Assembly: GCA_026710945.1 (NCBI GenBank)
Contig: JAPOQA010000031.1
Coordinates: 50,611-114,610 of the forward strand
DNA: 64,000 nucleotides
Source of the DNA: Chloroflexota bacterium
GTDB lineage: Bacteria > Chloroflexota > UBA11872 > VXOZ01
Direction: 5' to 3'
In this document: in pieces, positions 20,570-31,146 of the stretch
Numbering within the stretch: the stretch's first letter is position 1
Layout of the letters: every line of letters starts with the position of its first letter
Notes under the pieces: model-generated
What the model saw: only the letters and a program-made list of their open reading frames with translations
Told to the model about the DNA's origin: nothing
Databases searched by the model: none
Translations under genes and position numbers: made by a program

Positions 20570-20837
20570 CGTCTTCACTTTGCCGGTCAGACTCTGCTTC
20601 TTTCGCCACCCCTTCTTCGAACGCAGCGCGTTCTTCACGCCAAGTTAGAGCCTTTTGCGAACTTGCTGCTGCGCCAAAGTAACGATCCACTGGGGACAGG
20701 ACCGGCAGCAGGCGAACTCCGTCTGGTGTCGATTCAAACCGCACGAAGTCCCGCGGCTTGATGCCTAGCTCCTTTCGTATCTCAGCCGGTACCGTTACCT
20801 GGCCCTTCTGCGTTACCCTCGTTTGGTAAACTCGCAC
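20556..20837 (-). CDS. vapB: AbrB/MazE/SpoVT-type antitoxin VapB
   Basis: 93 aa; VTQKGQVTVPAEIRKELGIKPRD swapped-hairpin motif; GTG start preceded by AAGGAG. Confidence 0.75.
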   Translation of the reverse strand: MRVYQTRVTQKGQVTVPAEIRKELGIKPRDFVRFESTPDGVRLLPVLSPVDRYFGAAASSQKALTWREERAAFEEGVAKEAESDRQSEDDALS

Positions 20838-21116
20838 TGTAATACTCCTTAACTTCTTCTCCCTATTTCCTTAAGTAATACTATTCTATAGGTAATACAT
20901 CTGCCAAGGGCACACCAACCTAGAATCTTTCCCGTTACCTGCATTCCCCCACTACCGCACACATGCCTGCCAGGCCTAACACACCCCTTCTCCCTTGACG
21001 GTAAGCGTGATGCTGCAGCCTGCCGAATCTCTCTGCATTCGCTACAATAGATGGTACTACTCGAAATCTACTGCCATTCGGCGAGACCCCTACTGTTTGT
21101 GAGGCAAAGAATTACC

Positions 21117-23774
21117 GTGCGCACTGACGAAATTCGCCAACGCTTTCTCGACTATTTTGCAGAAAAAGAGCATCTTGTCATGCCGGGATCATCGCTCATT
21201 CCACAGAGCGATCCCAGCGTCTTGCTCACCAGTGCCGGCATGCAGCAATTCAAGGACTATTACCTCGGCCTCGCCGATCCGCCGCGGCCGCGCATTGCCA
21301 CCGTCCAGAAGTGCCTGCGCACCGATGATATCGACGAGGTCGGCGACCAGTCGCACCTCACCTTCTTCGAGATGCTGGGGAACTTCGCTTTTGGCGACTA
21401 CTTCAAAGAAGAGGCAATCGCCTTTGCCTGGGAACTCGTGACCGAGCGCTTTCCCTTTGCCAAGGAGCAGGTGTGGGCAACCGTATTCGGCGGTGAAGAT
21501 GACCTCGGCCCCGATGAAGCTGCCGAGCGGGCGTGGCTTGCGGTTGGCGTGCCGCCGGAGCGCATAGTCCGTTACTCAGGCTGGAAAGAGAACTGGTGGG
21601 GCCCTACCGGTGATTCCGGCCCCTGCGGACCGTGTTCGGAGATCCATCTTGAGCTCGCGCCGAATACCGATGGTCACGACTGCCTGGGTCCGGCCTGCCC
21701 CTGCGGCCGCTTTCTTGAAATCTGGAACCTCGTGTTCAATCAGTATTTCTCACGTGCGAGCAACAGCAATCTCAGCGCCGACGCCCTGACACCACTTGAC
21801 AGCGTTGGCGTGGACACAGGGGCCGGTCTGGAACGCTGGGCCGTGGCGCTTCAGGGCGTTGCCACCCCGTACGATACGGACCTCTTCCAGCCGATCGTGC
21901 AGCAGGCGGCGCAGTTGCTCGGCTGCACCTACGGCGACCACACGGAGCAGGACGTCGGCCTCCGCATCATATGCGAGCACGCGCGCGCTGCCGTCTTTCT
22001 GATTGGAGACGGCATCCTGCCGGGCAACGTGGGGCGTAGCTACGTGCTCCGCCGCCTGATCCGGCGCGCCATGCGCCACGCGTACCTGCTGGGCCGTCGG
22101 GAGCCCATGCTGGCCGCACTGTGCCGGACTGTCATCGCGCATATGGGTACAGCGTACCCTGACATACGTGCGCGCGAAGACTTCATTTTGCGCATGATCA
22201 CGCAGGAGGAAGAGCGCTTCTTGCGCAACGTGAACCAGGGTCTGCCAATTCTCTCTGGAATGCTGGAAGACGCGGAGCAAGCAGGCGGCACAATTCTCGG
22301 AGGTGCAGATGCGTTCCTGCTCCATGACTCGTACGGCTTTCCCATTGAGCTCACCCGAGAAGTCGCCGCCAGTCGCGGGATTACGGTGGATGAAGAAGCC
22401 TACCAAGCCGCGCTGCGCGAGCAACAGGAACGCAGCCGCCAGAGCGCGCAATTCGAAATCGTGCAGAACCTGCCAACCGACTTTGCTGGCGTAGACTTCA
22501 CTGGGTACGAAGCAACCACTGATACCGGCACCGTCGTCGGCATACAGCAAGGCGACGAGCGCGCCGGCAGGCTGGAAGCCGGAGAAGAGGGCGTCATTGT
22601 GCTTGACCGCACACCTTTCTATGCGGAAGGCGGCGGCCAGGTGGGTGACACCGGGCGTATTGAGAACACTGACGGTGTCTTCCGCGTGGAAAACACGTAC
22701 TCGCCGCAACCCGGTCTCATCGCTCACCAGGGCCGTGTGACGGAAGGGTCGATCGTGGCTGATCGTTCGGTCACGGCGACCGTCGACCCCGAGAGACGCG
22801 CCAACACGGCGCGCAACCATACGGCGACCCATCTCATGCACGCCGGCCTGCGCAGCGTGCTCGGAGACCACGTCCAGCAATCCGGGTCGCTGGTCGCGCC
22901 GGACCATCTGCGCTTCGACTTTTCCCACCCTGAGGCCCTTTCGCACCAGGAGATTGAGGAAGTCGAGAGACGCGTTAACACCCTCGTACAGTCAAACTTG
23001 CAAACAGAGATCGCACATCTGGAAACGTCGGAGGCGGTGGCCGCCGGTGCGCTGGCGCTCTTTGGCGAGAAATATGGCGAGACCGTGCGCGTTATCACTA
23101 TCGGTGACGTGAGCAAAGAGCTCTGCGGCGGCACCCATGTCCCCGCCACCGGTTCCATTGGACTCTTCGTAATCCAGAGTGAGTCTAGTATTGGCGCGGG
23201 CCTGCGCCGCATTGAGGCGCTTACGGGCCCCGCCGCCGTGCGCCACGTTCAAGAGCAGAATGCTCTACTGCTCGACCTCTCCCACTCCCTCGAAGCACCG
23301 CCGCAAGAGCTCGGCGAGCGCACTGCCGCCTTGCGTGAGGAACTCGCCCAGCAACGGCGAGAGATTGCACGTTTGGAACGCGGGCAGGCAGGCCAACAGG
23401 TGGAGCACCTCATCGCCGCTGCAGAGGTCGTAGATGACATGAAGCTGGTCGTAGGCCGCGTGGACGTTGCCAATGTCGAGAACTTCCGCGAGCTCGGCGA
23501 CAGGGTCAAGGATCGACTCGAGGGCTCCGGGGCATTGCTGCTCGGATCCGTCCTCAACGACCGCCCCCAGTTTCTCATTATGACAACCAAAGGGCTATCC
23601 CAGCGAGGCATCCATGCCGGTAACCTCGTGCGCGCGGTGGGCAAAGTGGCAGGCGGCGGCGGCGGCGGCGGACCCGAAACGGCCCAGGCCGGCGGCCGCG
23701 ACCCTGGAAAACTGGACGAGGCCCTGGCGAGCGGTGCACAGCTCCTCCGGGACGCCATGACCGGCGCTACGTAG
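21117..23774 (+). CDS. alaS: alanine--tRNA ligase
   Basis: ORF 21051..23774; probable GTG start at 21117 (RTDEIRQRFLDYF N-terminus); HxxxH editing motif; C-terminal DHHA1 region with a GGGGGG stretch. Confidence 0.9.
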   Translation: MRTDEIRQRFLDYFAEKEHLVMPGSSLIPQSDPSVLLTSAGMQQFKDYYLGLADPPRPRIATVQKCLRTDDIDEVGDQSHLTFFEMLGNFAFGDYFKEEAIAFAWELVTERFPFAKEQVWATVFGGEDDLGPDEAAERAWLAVGVPPERIVRYSGWKENWWGPTGDSGPCGPCSEIHLELAPNTDGHDCLGPACPCGRFLEIWNLVFNQYFSRASNSNLSADALTPLDSVGVDTGAGLERWAVALQGVATPYDTDLFQPIVQQAAQLLGCTYGDHTEQDVGLRIICEHARAAVFLIGDGILPGNVGRSYVLRRLIRRAMRHAYLLGRREPMLAALCRTVIAHMGTAYPDIRAREDFILRMITQEEERFLRNVNQGLPILSGMLEDAEQAGGTILGGADAFLLHDSYGFPIELTREVAASRGITVDEEAYQAALREQQERSRQSAQFEIVQNLPTDFAGVDFTGYEATTDTGTVVGIQQGDERAGRLEAGEEGVIVLDRTPFYAEGGGQVGDTGRIENTDGVFRVENTYSPQPGLIAHQGRVTEGSIVADRSVTATVDPERRANTARNHTATHLMHAGLRSVLGDHVQQSGSLVAPDHLRFDFSHPEALSHQEIEEVERRVNTLVQSNLQTEIAHLETSEAVAAGALALFGEKYGETVRVITIGDVSKELCGGTHVPATGSIGLFVIQSESSIGAGLRRIEALTGPAAVRHVQEQNALLLDLSHSLEAPPQELGERTAALREELAQQRREIARLERGQAGQQVEHLIAAAEVVDDMKLVVGRVDVANVENFRELGDRVKDRLEGSGALLLGSVLNDRPQFLIMTTKGLSQRGIHAGNLVRAVGKVAGGGGGGGPETAQAGGRDPGKLDEALASGAQLLRDAMTGAT

Positions 23775-23853
23775 CACGGGCTCCATGACGGCGGCAACAC
23801 TCCTTGGCTTTCCCTGCATCAATGGCGGTGCATGTCCATCTTTGTAAAGAACT

Positions 23854-25923
23854 ATGGACTATATCACAAGAAGAGCGCTTGAGTTACTTCGCCTAGGCAC
23901 TGGCATTCCCGCAGCGACTTTTCGCGAGGAGCAGGAAGAAGCCATCCGCCACATTGTCGAAGGCAGAGGCAGGTTGCTTGTTGTCCAGAAAACCGGATGG
24001 GGCAAGAGCAACGTATATTTCATAGCGACCAAGCTGCTCCGTGAGGCCGGGTTTGGCCCAGCCTTGCTCATTTCGCCATTGCTTTCGCTCATGCGCAACC
24101 AGATTGAGGCTGCGGAACGAATGGGTGTGCGGGCGGTAACAATCAATGCAAGCAACAAGGCCGAGTGGGCCAGTGCAGAAGATCAGCTAGAAAACGACGA
24201 CGTGGACATCCTCCTCATTTCCCCCGAGCGGCTTGCCAACGACGACTTTCGCGAACGGATTCTTCCCGACATTGCAGCGCGCTTGGCATTGCTAGTCATA
24301 GATGAGGCCCATTGCATCTCTGACTGGGGACACGATTTCCGTCCCGACTACCGTCGCATCGAAAGAATTGCAAGGACATTGCCAGGGAACATCCGGCTGC
24401 TCGCTACTACCGCTACCGCAAACAACCGTGTAATGGATGACCTAAAGGCGGTGCTCGGCCCCAGTCTGCATGTCTTGCGGGGAGAGCTCAATCGGCCATC
24501 TCTCTTGCTACAAACTATCTCGCTCCCTAGCCGAGAGGAACGGTTAGCCTGGCTTGCCGAACAACTCGCATCCATTCCTGGGTCAGGCATCATCTATGCC
24601 TTGACGATTCGCGACGCTGAGCAGGTAACCTGTTGGCTTCGATCAGAAGGACTGGACGCCCAGTGCTACACAAGCAGATCAAGAAACCGGCAAGAGTTAG
24701 AGCAAGCTCTCTTGAAAAACCGGGTAAAGGCACTAGTCGCCACAACTGCGCTTGGCATGGGCTTCGACAAGCCTGATTTGGCATTTGTCATCCATTACCA
24801 GACTCCAGGCTCGGTTGTGCACTACTATCAGCAAGTCGGACGAGCAGGCCGGGGGTTGGACGCAGCTTACGGCGTGCTGCTCAGCGGCACCGAGGATAAG
24901 GAGATTATCGACTACTTCATAAGAAACGCTTTTCCTACAAAGGATGAGGTCGGCCACGTGCTTGCGGCCTTGGAAAACGAACCGGCTGGCCTCTCCATTC
25001 CGCAGCTTTGTGGGTCGATCAATGTTAGAGAAAACCGCATCAAGCAAACCGTTAAGCTCCTCTCCCTTGAGTCACCGGCGCCTATCGCGCAGCAGGGGTT
25101 CAAGTGGCAGTTGACTGCGGCGCAACTAAGTGACGCATTCTGGGAGCGCGTGGAACGACTCACTGCTTTGCGACGAGAAGAACAGCGCCAGATGCAAGAG
25201 TACGTGACCCTAAAGTCGGGCCATATGAACTTCCTAATTCAAGCACTGGACGGTAAACCGGAAGCAATAGAACCGCCTGACATACCAGCGCTACCCATGA
25301 AGCCACAACAGGAGAAGGTGCGGAGAGTAGTTGAATTCCTGCGTCGTACCTGTCTGCCAATCGAACCACGTAAAAGATGGCCGGATGGTGGCCTACCAAA
25401 GTACGACTTGAGGGGATTCATCCGAAATGAACATCAGGCAGAAACGGGACGGGCGCTTTGCCAATGGGGAGATGCCGGCTGGGGCCGGCTCGTTCGCATT
25501 GGAAAGTACAAACATGAGCGATTTTCAGACGATCTAGTTTCAGACTCTTTCCAACTATTCCTTGAGTGGGACCCACAGCCGACCCCAACTTGGGTAACCT
25601 GCATTCCATCGCGGCGTCAACCCACGCTGGTGAGAGACTTTGCCTCGAGGCTGGCAACTGAATTGGGACTGCCATTTCGGGATGCTCTCGTAAAGGTAGA
25701 CAACCGACCACAGCAAAAGGGCATGGCCAACAGCATTCAACAGGCGCGTAACGTGGATGGCTCACTCGACGTAGTGTCAGATCTCATAATTCCGGGACCC
25801 GCTCTGCTTGTGGATGACATGGTAGACTCGCGGTGGACACTTACGATTGCAACGTGGCTACTACGTACTCATGGTTGCGGGAAAGTATTTCCCTTTGCGC
25901 TTGCTAACACTGCAACGGACTGA
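23854..25923 (+). CDS. RecQ-family SF2 DNA helicase fused to a C-terminal ComFC-like phosphoribosyltransferase-fold domain
   Basis: 689 aa; RecQ motifs TGWGKS, VIDEAHCISDWGHDFRPDY, ATTATA and YYQQVGRAGRG; no RecQ zinc-finger cysteines; the C-terminal ~200 aa have the PRTase signature LLVDDMVDSRWTL, as in ComFC/ComF. Confidence 0.75.
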   Translation: MDYITRRALELLRLGTGIPAATFREEQEEAIRHIVEGRGRLLVVQKTGWGKSNVYFIATKLLREAGFGPALLISPLLSLMRNQIEAAERMGVRAVTINASNKAEWASAEDQLENDDVDILLISPERLANDDFRERILPDIAARLALLVIDEAHCISDWGHDFRPDYRRIERIARTLPGNIRLLATTATANNRVMDDLKAVLGPSLHVLRGELNRPSLLLQTISLPSREERLAWLAEQLASIPGSGIIYALTIRDAEQVTCWLRSEGLDAQCYTSRSRNRQELEQALLKNRVKALVATTALGMGFDKPDLAFVIHYQTPGSVVHYYQQVGRAGRGLDAAYGVLLSGTEDKEIIDYFIRNAFPTKDEVGHVLAALENEPAGLSIPQLCGSINVRENRIKQTVKLLSLESPAPIAQQGFKWQLTAAQLSDAFWERVERLTALRREEQRQMQEYVTLKSGHMNFLIQALDGKPEAIEPPDIPALPMKPQQEKVRRVVEFLRRTCLPIEPRKRWPDGGLPKYDLRGFIRNEHQAETGRALCQWGDAGWGRLVRIGKYKHERFSDDLVSDSFQLFLEWDPQPTPTWVTCIPSRRQPTLVRDFASRLATELGLPFRDALVKVDNRPQQKGMANSIQQARNVDGSLDVVSDLIIPGPALLVDDMVDSRWTLTIATWLLRTHGCGKVFPFALANTATD

Positions 25924-25926
25924 TCT

Positions 25927-27204
25927 ATGATAGATGCAGAGTTATCAGCCAACGCAAAAGCTATACTCTTGTTGACCGCTCCATTGCTTATCGGAAAGAG
26001 CAAGAATTCAGCACGCCCTTTGACCCCATCAGAGTACGACCAACTGGCGCATTGGCTCAGGCAGCACGGCCGCGAGCCGGCCGATTTGCTCGAGCGTCAG
26101 ACAGGGGATGAGTGGGACAAGTCTGAACTCCGACTTGACTACGAACGAATAGGTCAACTAATCCAACGGGGCTTCTTGCTCAGCCAAGCGCTGGAGCACT
26201 GGCAAGCCCGGGCAATTTGGGTGGTTAGCCGAGCGGACCCAGGATATCCAAATCGATTCAAGCGACGGCTCGGCAAGTATGCGCCACCCGTACTGTACGG
26301 CTGCGGAGATGCCGAATTGCTAGACAGCGGTGGTCTGGCCGTGGTGGGATCCCGTGAGGTCCCAAAAGCACTACTAGAATACTCCGAGGGAATTGGTCGG
26401 CTTGCTGCGGCTGCCCGGTGCACCGTTGTCTCCGGTGAGGCGCGGGGAGTTGATCAAGCAGCAATTCAAGGGGCATTGGGGGAAGGCGGAAGAGCCGTTG
26501 GCGTTCTGGCTGGAGGCTTGGAAAACGCTGCGCTGGCCCGCAAGAATCGTGAAGGATTGCTGGATAAGCGGCTTGTCCTAGTTTCCCCGTATGATCCAAG
26601 GGCGCGCTTCAATGTCGGAAACGCCATGCAACGCAATAAGCTAGTGTACGCCTTTGCCGACGCGGGATTGATAGTGGAATCCGATTACAACAAAGGCGGC
26701 ACTTGGACTGGAGCCGTCGAACAACTGAATCGTCTGCGCTTCGTACCAGTTTTTGCTCGCTCCGACGGACAAGCCAGTCAGGGCATCGAGGCTTTGCTAC
26801 GAAAGGGAGTTCACCCATGGCCAAATCCCCAAACGCCCTCAGACTTTCGGCAGGTTCTGGACGGCAGCTTCTTGCCTTCGCAGACTGAGTCTCCAAGACA
26901 AGCGGCGTTGCTGCCAGAAGAAGAGGATGGTATCCCACACAGTGCTGCGGAAGAAGCACAGGAAGTCACGATTCGAGAAGCACAGGCCAAAGACGCCTAC
27001 GTTGCAGCAGAGACCCCTCCCGATCAGCTCTTTACCAAGGTTGAGCAACTACTGACCTCGATCACCACTCCCACGTCAGAATCTGATGTAGCAACATATC
27101 TTCACGTAAACAAGACCCAAGCAAGAGAATGGCTAAAGCGATTAGTCCGTGATGGGAAATACAAGCGGCAGAAGAGGCCAGTTCGCTACGAAAGGATTCT
27201 CTAG
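25927..27204 (+). CDS. DprA/Smf-like (SLOG-fold) DNA-processing protein homolog with a C-terminal winged helix
   Basis: 425 aa; starts 4 nt after the helicase stop; Rossmann core [44 protein letters not shown]...[10 protein letters not shown] matches the DprA consensus (GSR...VSGLAxGID...VLGxGLD) but is divergent; basic C-terminal wHTH. Confidence 0.7.
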   Translation: MIDAELSANAKAILLLTAPLLIGKSKNSARPLTPSEYDQLAHWLRQHGREPADLLERQTGDEWDKSELRLDYERIGQLIQRGFLLSQALEHWQARAIWVVSRADPGYPNRFKRRLGKYAPPVLYGCGDAELLDSGGLAVVGSREVPKALLEYSEGIGRLAAAARCTVVSGEARGVDQAAIQGALGEGGRAVGVLAGGLENAALARKNREGLLDKRLVLVSPYDPRARFNVGNAMQRNKLVYAFADAGLIVESDYNKGGTWTGAVEQLNRLRFVPVFARSDGQASQGIEALLRKGVHPWPNPQTPSDFRQVLDGSFLPSQTESPRQAALLPEEEDGIPHSAAEEAQEVTIREAQAKDAYVAAETPPDQLFTKVEQLLTSITTPTSESDVATYLHVNKTQAREWLKRLVRDGKYKRQKRPVRYERIL

Positions 27205-27345
27205 GAACAACCTTGGTTAAGTCACATTGCCCAATCAATTGAGCCCCGAACCAGCAACACCCACTTTCTTGTCAAAACCTCCCCATTTCAGGCATCGTAG
27301 AGAATGAGTTGAATGAAGAGTACTTGACTTGCAAGGAGTTTCAGC

Positions 27346-28566
27346 ATGTCATTGTCCGCAGAAGAACAAGCGTTATTGAATGGCGAGAAGCGCAACCTGC
27401 CGTTCCTACCGGCGCTGGGCGGCTGGTACAACGAAGAAGAGGTGGAAGCCCTGACCCAAGCGCTCCGCGAGAGCATGGACTGGAGAGTCGGCTTTACCGG
27501 CAACGACATTACGGAGTTTGAACGGGAATTTGCCGAGTATTGCGACGTAAAGTACGCCTATGCTGTGAATTCTTGTGGCACCGGTCTCGATGGGGCGATG
27601 CAGGCACTGAACCTCGGCCCGGAAGATGAAGTGATCGTACCGGCCATTACATACATAGCGACCGCCCAGGCGGCAGTCGGCGTAGGCGCGAAAATCGTGT
27701 TGGCCGAGTGCCACCCGGATACTTTCAACATCGACCCCAACGACGTGGAACGCCGCATGACGGCAAACACCCGCGCCATCATGCCCGTCCACAATAACGG
27801 TCTCTCCGCCGACATGGACGCCCTGGCAGATATTGCCGAACGACATCCCCACCCCACGCACGGCCCGCCCCCCGTGGTCGGCGATGCCGCTCGTGCCGCC
27901 GGCGGCGGCTACAAGGGCACCCGCGTCGGCAAGAAGGGCGCCATGAATATCTTCAGCTTCCAGACCACCAAGAACATGACAACCCTTGGCGAGGGCGGCA
28001 TGGTGACGACGGATGATGACGATTACGCGGCCTACATCAATAGCAGCCGCTCGTTTGGCTGGGGATTGAAGGGCTGGGGTACAAACTACCGCCTCACCAA
28101 GTTGCAGGCCGTCGCCGGTAGAATCCAGCTTGCGCGGCTCGACGAAATGAACGACCTGCGCCGCGACCGTGCGTTGTTACTCTCCGAGTGTCTGGCCGAT
28201 GCGCCCGGTGTCATTATTCCCCAAACCCCAGCAGGTTACGATCACGTGTGGTACGGCTATACGGTCATGCTGGAATCTGAGTGGGCCGGTGAGCCGCGCG
28301 ATAAGGCTTTAGAGCACATGCAGTCCGAATACGGCGTTGGCGGTGGCATTATGAATGCCGCGCTCCCCGATTACGACTCCATTTTGAATAAGATGGGCCA
28401 CAAGCCGGAGGACGTGCCCGTATCGACCGATCTTGGTCGGCGTCTCTTCTGCCCCTCGCTCCATCCGTTGATGAGCGACGACGACGTAGCGTACGTCGCG
28501 GCCTCAATCAAGGCGAGCATGGAGACAGTGGCGGGGACTGTTGGCGCCGCTGCGGTTGCGCGGTAA
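27346..28566 (+). CDS. DegT/DnrJ/EryC1/StrS family PLP-dependent sugar aminotransferase
   Basis: 406 aa; motif FSFQTTKNMTTLGEGGMV (PLP-lysine region). Confidence 0.8.
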   Translation: MSLSAEEQALLNGEKRNLPFLPALGGWYNEEEVEALTQALRESMDWRVGFTGNDITEFEREFAEYCDVKYAYAVNSCGTGLDGAMQALNLGPEDEVIVPAITYIATAQAAVGVGAKIVLAECHPDTFNIDPNDVERRMTANTRAIMPVHNNGLSADMDALADIAERHPHPTHGPPPVVGDAARAAGGGYKGTRVGKKGAMNIFSFQTTKNMTTLGEGGMVTTDDDDYAAYINSSRSFGWGLKGWGTNYRLTKLQAVAGRIQLARLDEMNDLRRDRALLLSECLADAPGVIIPQTPAGYDHVWYGYTVMLESEWAGEPRDKALEHMQSEYGVGGGIMNAALPDYDSILNKMGHKPEDVPVSTDLGRRLFCPSLHPLMSDDDVAYVAASIKASMETVAGTVGAAAVAR

Positions 28567-28860
28567 GGCGCATCTCGTCGCGGTACAAGCAGCGCGTTGA
28601 GAATTAGAACAGAATTGAAGATAGGGAGGGATGAAGATTGCATCGGCGCCCCTCCCTATCTGTTTGCGTGGCACAGAGTGTCGCACGAGACGCCGCACCG
28701 GGCCCGTGCTCTCCGGCGTAGTTGCGTCTGCATACCGATTGCTCTACATTTGGGAAAGAGCCCTTTCCCAAGCCTGTTCACGCGGGTAGCCTTAAAAGCA
28801 ATGCCGGAAACGCCTTGCTCCGCAATCGCAGTATGAAGTGCAAAAGGACGACCTAGCGCA

Positions 28861-29622
28861 GTGATGCTCGTTTTCAATGTCTGGCGCAGAGCGCTGGGCA
28901 TGCACTACTTTGAGTTCTTCACCGTCATCAGAGGCAATATCCTCTGGGCGCTCTTCTGTCTTCCGTACGCGCTCTATAGCTACCTCGCATTCCTGCAGGT
29001 CTCCGCGGACGCCGCGGAAACCGCCCAGGAAACCTCGCCGATCTTTCTGGGTATTTCGTACACTATCGCCTCGCTAGTGCTGCTTGCGCTTGCCGGTCCT
29101 GCTACTGCCGCACTCTACGATTTCGCCGCCAAGTCGCTGGCCGGCGAAACTGTAAACATGCGGATCTACTGGCAGAGCTTCAAGACTCTCTTCGTTAAGG
29201 GCTATCTGTTGGCAGCGATCAATCTCTTGATCCTCGCGGCGCTCGTGCTCAACACCTGGTTTTACCTCACGGCAGACATTCCCCAACTCATGCGTGCTCT
29301 CAGCATCGTCTTCTTCTGGGGCATTGTGTTCTGGGTGGCAATTCAGCCGTACTTGTTCTCGGTAATGATTCGTCTCGAGACCTCAGTGCTGCAGACGTTT
29401 CGCAACGCCGTCTTGTTGGCGCTCGACAACCTCGGCGTCACGATCAGCCTGATCGGTGTGCAAATCGTGATGCTATTCTTTTTCATTCCCCTCTTTGCCA
29501 TTGCGTATCCGGTCCTGGGCGGCTCGATATTTGCCCACACCCACGTGGGAGTCCTGAATGAACTCCTTGACCGGTACGACGCAAAGCAGAGCGGCGGGAA
29601 CGCCGCAAAGAGCGAATCGTGA
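28861..29622 (+). CDS. DUF624/YesL-like integral membrane protein
   Basis: 253 aa; 5-6 TM helices; this family typically sits beside carbohydrate ABC transporter genes. Confidence 0.45.
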   Translation: MMLVFNVWRRALGMHYFEFFTVIRGNILWALFCLPYALYSYLAFLQVSADAAETAQETSPIFLGISYTIASLVLLALAGPATAALYDFAAKSLAGETVNMRIYWQSFKTLFVKGYLLAAINLLILAALVLNTWFYLTADIPQLMRALSIVFFWGIVFWVAIQPYLFSVMIRLETSVLQTFRNAVLLALDNLGVTISLIGVQIVMLFFFIPLFAIAYPVLGGSIFAHTHVGVLNELLDRYDAKQSGGNAAKSES

Positions 29623-29632
29623 GGAGGAAGCA

Positions 29633-30805
29633 ATGTCAAGCCTCACTCTAGAGGGCGCTACCAAGACCTTCAAGCGGCCAAGCCCTTTCTCCTGGAAAGG
29701 CATGATCGGGCGGTTCAGAGGCGGTGAAGCAGACGACGTGGTCCTCCCCGACGCTGATGACACCGAAGACGACCTGATTTACGCGCTCAACGGGATTGAT
29801 CTCCAAATCGACGACGGCGAGTCGCTGAGCGTGCTCGGACCTTCCGGCTGCGGCAAGACGACGCTGCTCCGCGTTTTGGCCGGACTAGATTTGCTGGACG
29901 GCGGCAAGGTGCTCTTCGACGGAGAAGACGTAACCACCGTGGGCCCGCAGGATCGCAACGTTGCCATGGTGTTTCAAGACTACGCCCTGTACCCCCACTG
30001 GCAGTCAGAGGATAACTTGGGCTTCTTCTTTCAAATGCACCAGCGCAAGCACGAGATTCCCGAGCGTATACGCATCACCGCGCGGGTCATGGGACTCGGC
30101 TTCGAAACGCTTCTCAGCCAAAAGCCGCCGAAGCTCTCCGGCGGACAACAGCAACGCGTAGCTATCGCGCGCGCGATCATTCGGGACCCACGGACATTCC
30201 TCTTCGATGAGCCGCTCTCGAACCTGGACGCTACGGTGCGCGCCCGTACCCGCGTCGAGATTCGACGCCTGATACAGCGATTCGGCATAACGTCAGTCTA
30301 CGTTACCCACGACCAATCAGAGGCATTCACGATGGGCGACCGCATTGCTGTAATGCATGAGGGCCGCATCTTGCAGGTTGATACCCGCCACCAACTTATC
30401 GAGCGCCCGCTCAACCTCTTCGTCGCCGACTTCATTACGGTGCCGGCCATGAATCTGCTGCCCGGCGTCGTGTATAGAGAGTACGTGGAGATCCACGACC
30501 GCAAGATTACGCCGCCGCCAATCGTGCTGCAACAATATCAGGCCGAACGGGTCACCATCGGCATTCGGCCAACAGACGTTGTGCTGCGATCCGAAAATGA
30601 GGAGGACACGATTCCGGCCAAGATCGAGACCGTGGAACCGCTCATGAGCGATCGCGCAGTTCTGCTCACGGTGCGGGTGGGGCGGTACACTTACCGCATT
30701 CAACGCCCCCAGACGGAGCATCACGAACCCGATACGCTCATCTTCATGGACGTGCCCCCGCACTGCCAGCACGTCTTCGATAGCAAGGGCCGGCGCGTAA
30801 ACTAG
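29633..30805 (+). CDS. ABC transporter ATP-binding protein, MalK/UgpC/MsmX type with a C-terminal TOBE domain, and no cognate permease
   Basis: ORF 29558..30805; ATG at 29633 preceded by GAGGAGG; Walker [10 protein letters not shown], signature [14 protein letters not shown], Walker [11 protein letters not shown]. Confidence 0.85.
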   Translation: MSSLTLEGATKTFKRPSPFSWKGMIGRFRGGEADDVVLPDADDTEDDLIYALNGIDLQIDDGESLSVLGPSGCGKTTLLRVLAGLDLLDGGKVLFDGEDVTTVGPQDRNVAMVFQDYALYPHWQSEDNLGFFFQMHQRKHEIPERIRITARVMGLGFETLLSQKPPKLSGGQQQRVAIARAIIRDPRTFLFDEPLSNLDATVRARTRVEIRRLIQRFGITSVYVTHDQSEAFTMGDRIAVMHEGRILQVDTRHQLIERPLNLFVADFITVPAMNLLPGVVYREYVEIHDRKITPPPIVLQQYQAERVTIGIRPTDVVLRSENEEDTIPAKIETVEPLMSDRAVLLTVRVGRYTYRIQRPQTEHHEPDTLIFMDVPPHCQHVFDSKGRRVN

Positions 30806-31061
30806 CGTGCCGGGCGGCCAATTCCAGAGCCTATTCCTTCATCGACCCAGCGAATTCCTGGTGCCTACGTCTAACTGAAGCTGGAGCAATCGGTACTCCC
30901 ACCCGACCCCTGGATTCCGGCTTGCGCCGGAATGACGGACTCATTCGATCAACCTTCAGCGGACAAGGCTCATTCTGACTGAGCCAGTCTCAGTAGCTCC
31001 AACCATGGCGTGAATTCACGAGTCTCAGTGGTTCGACACTTTTACATTGATGGGTAGCGCA

Positions 31062-31094
31062 GGGTCGCACGGGACGTGCGCGTAACCTGCGCCA
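31062..31094. repeat. variant REP-like hairpin of the GGTAGCGCAGG...CCTGCGCC family, with an enlarged loop
   Basis: gggtagcgcagggtcgcacgggacgtgcgcgtaacctgcgcc lies just downstream of the convergent dehydrogenase gene. Confidence 0.4.
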
Positions 31095-31146
31095 TCTCCC
31101 CGCGCAGTCGCTTACTCTTACCCATCATTGCAATGCTGTTGGCCAC

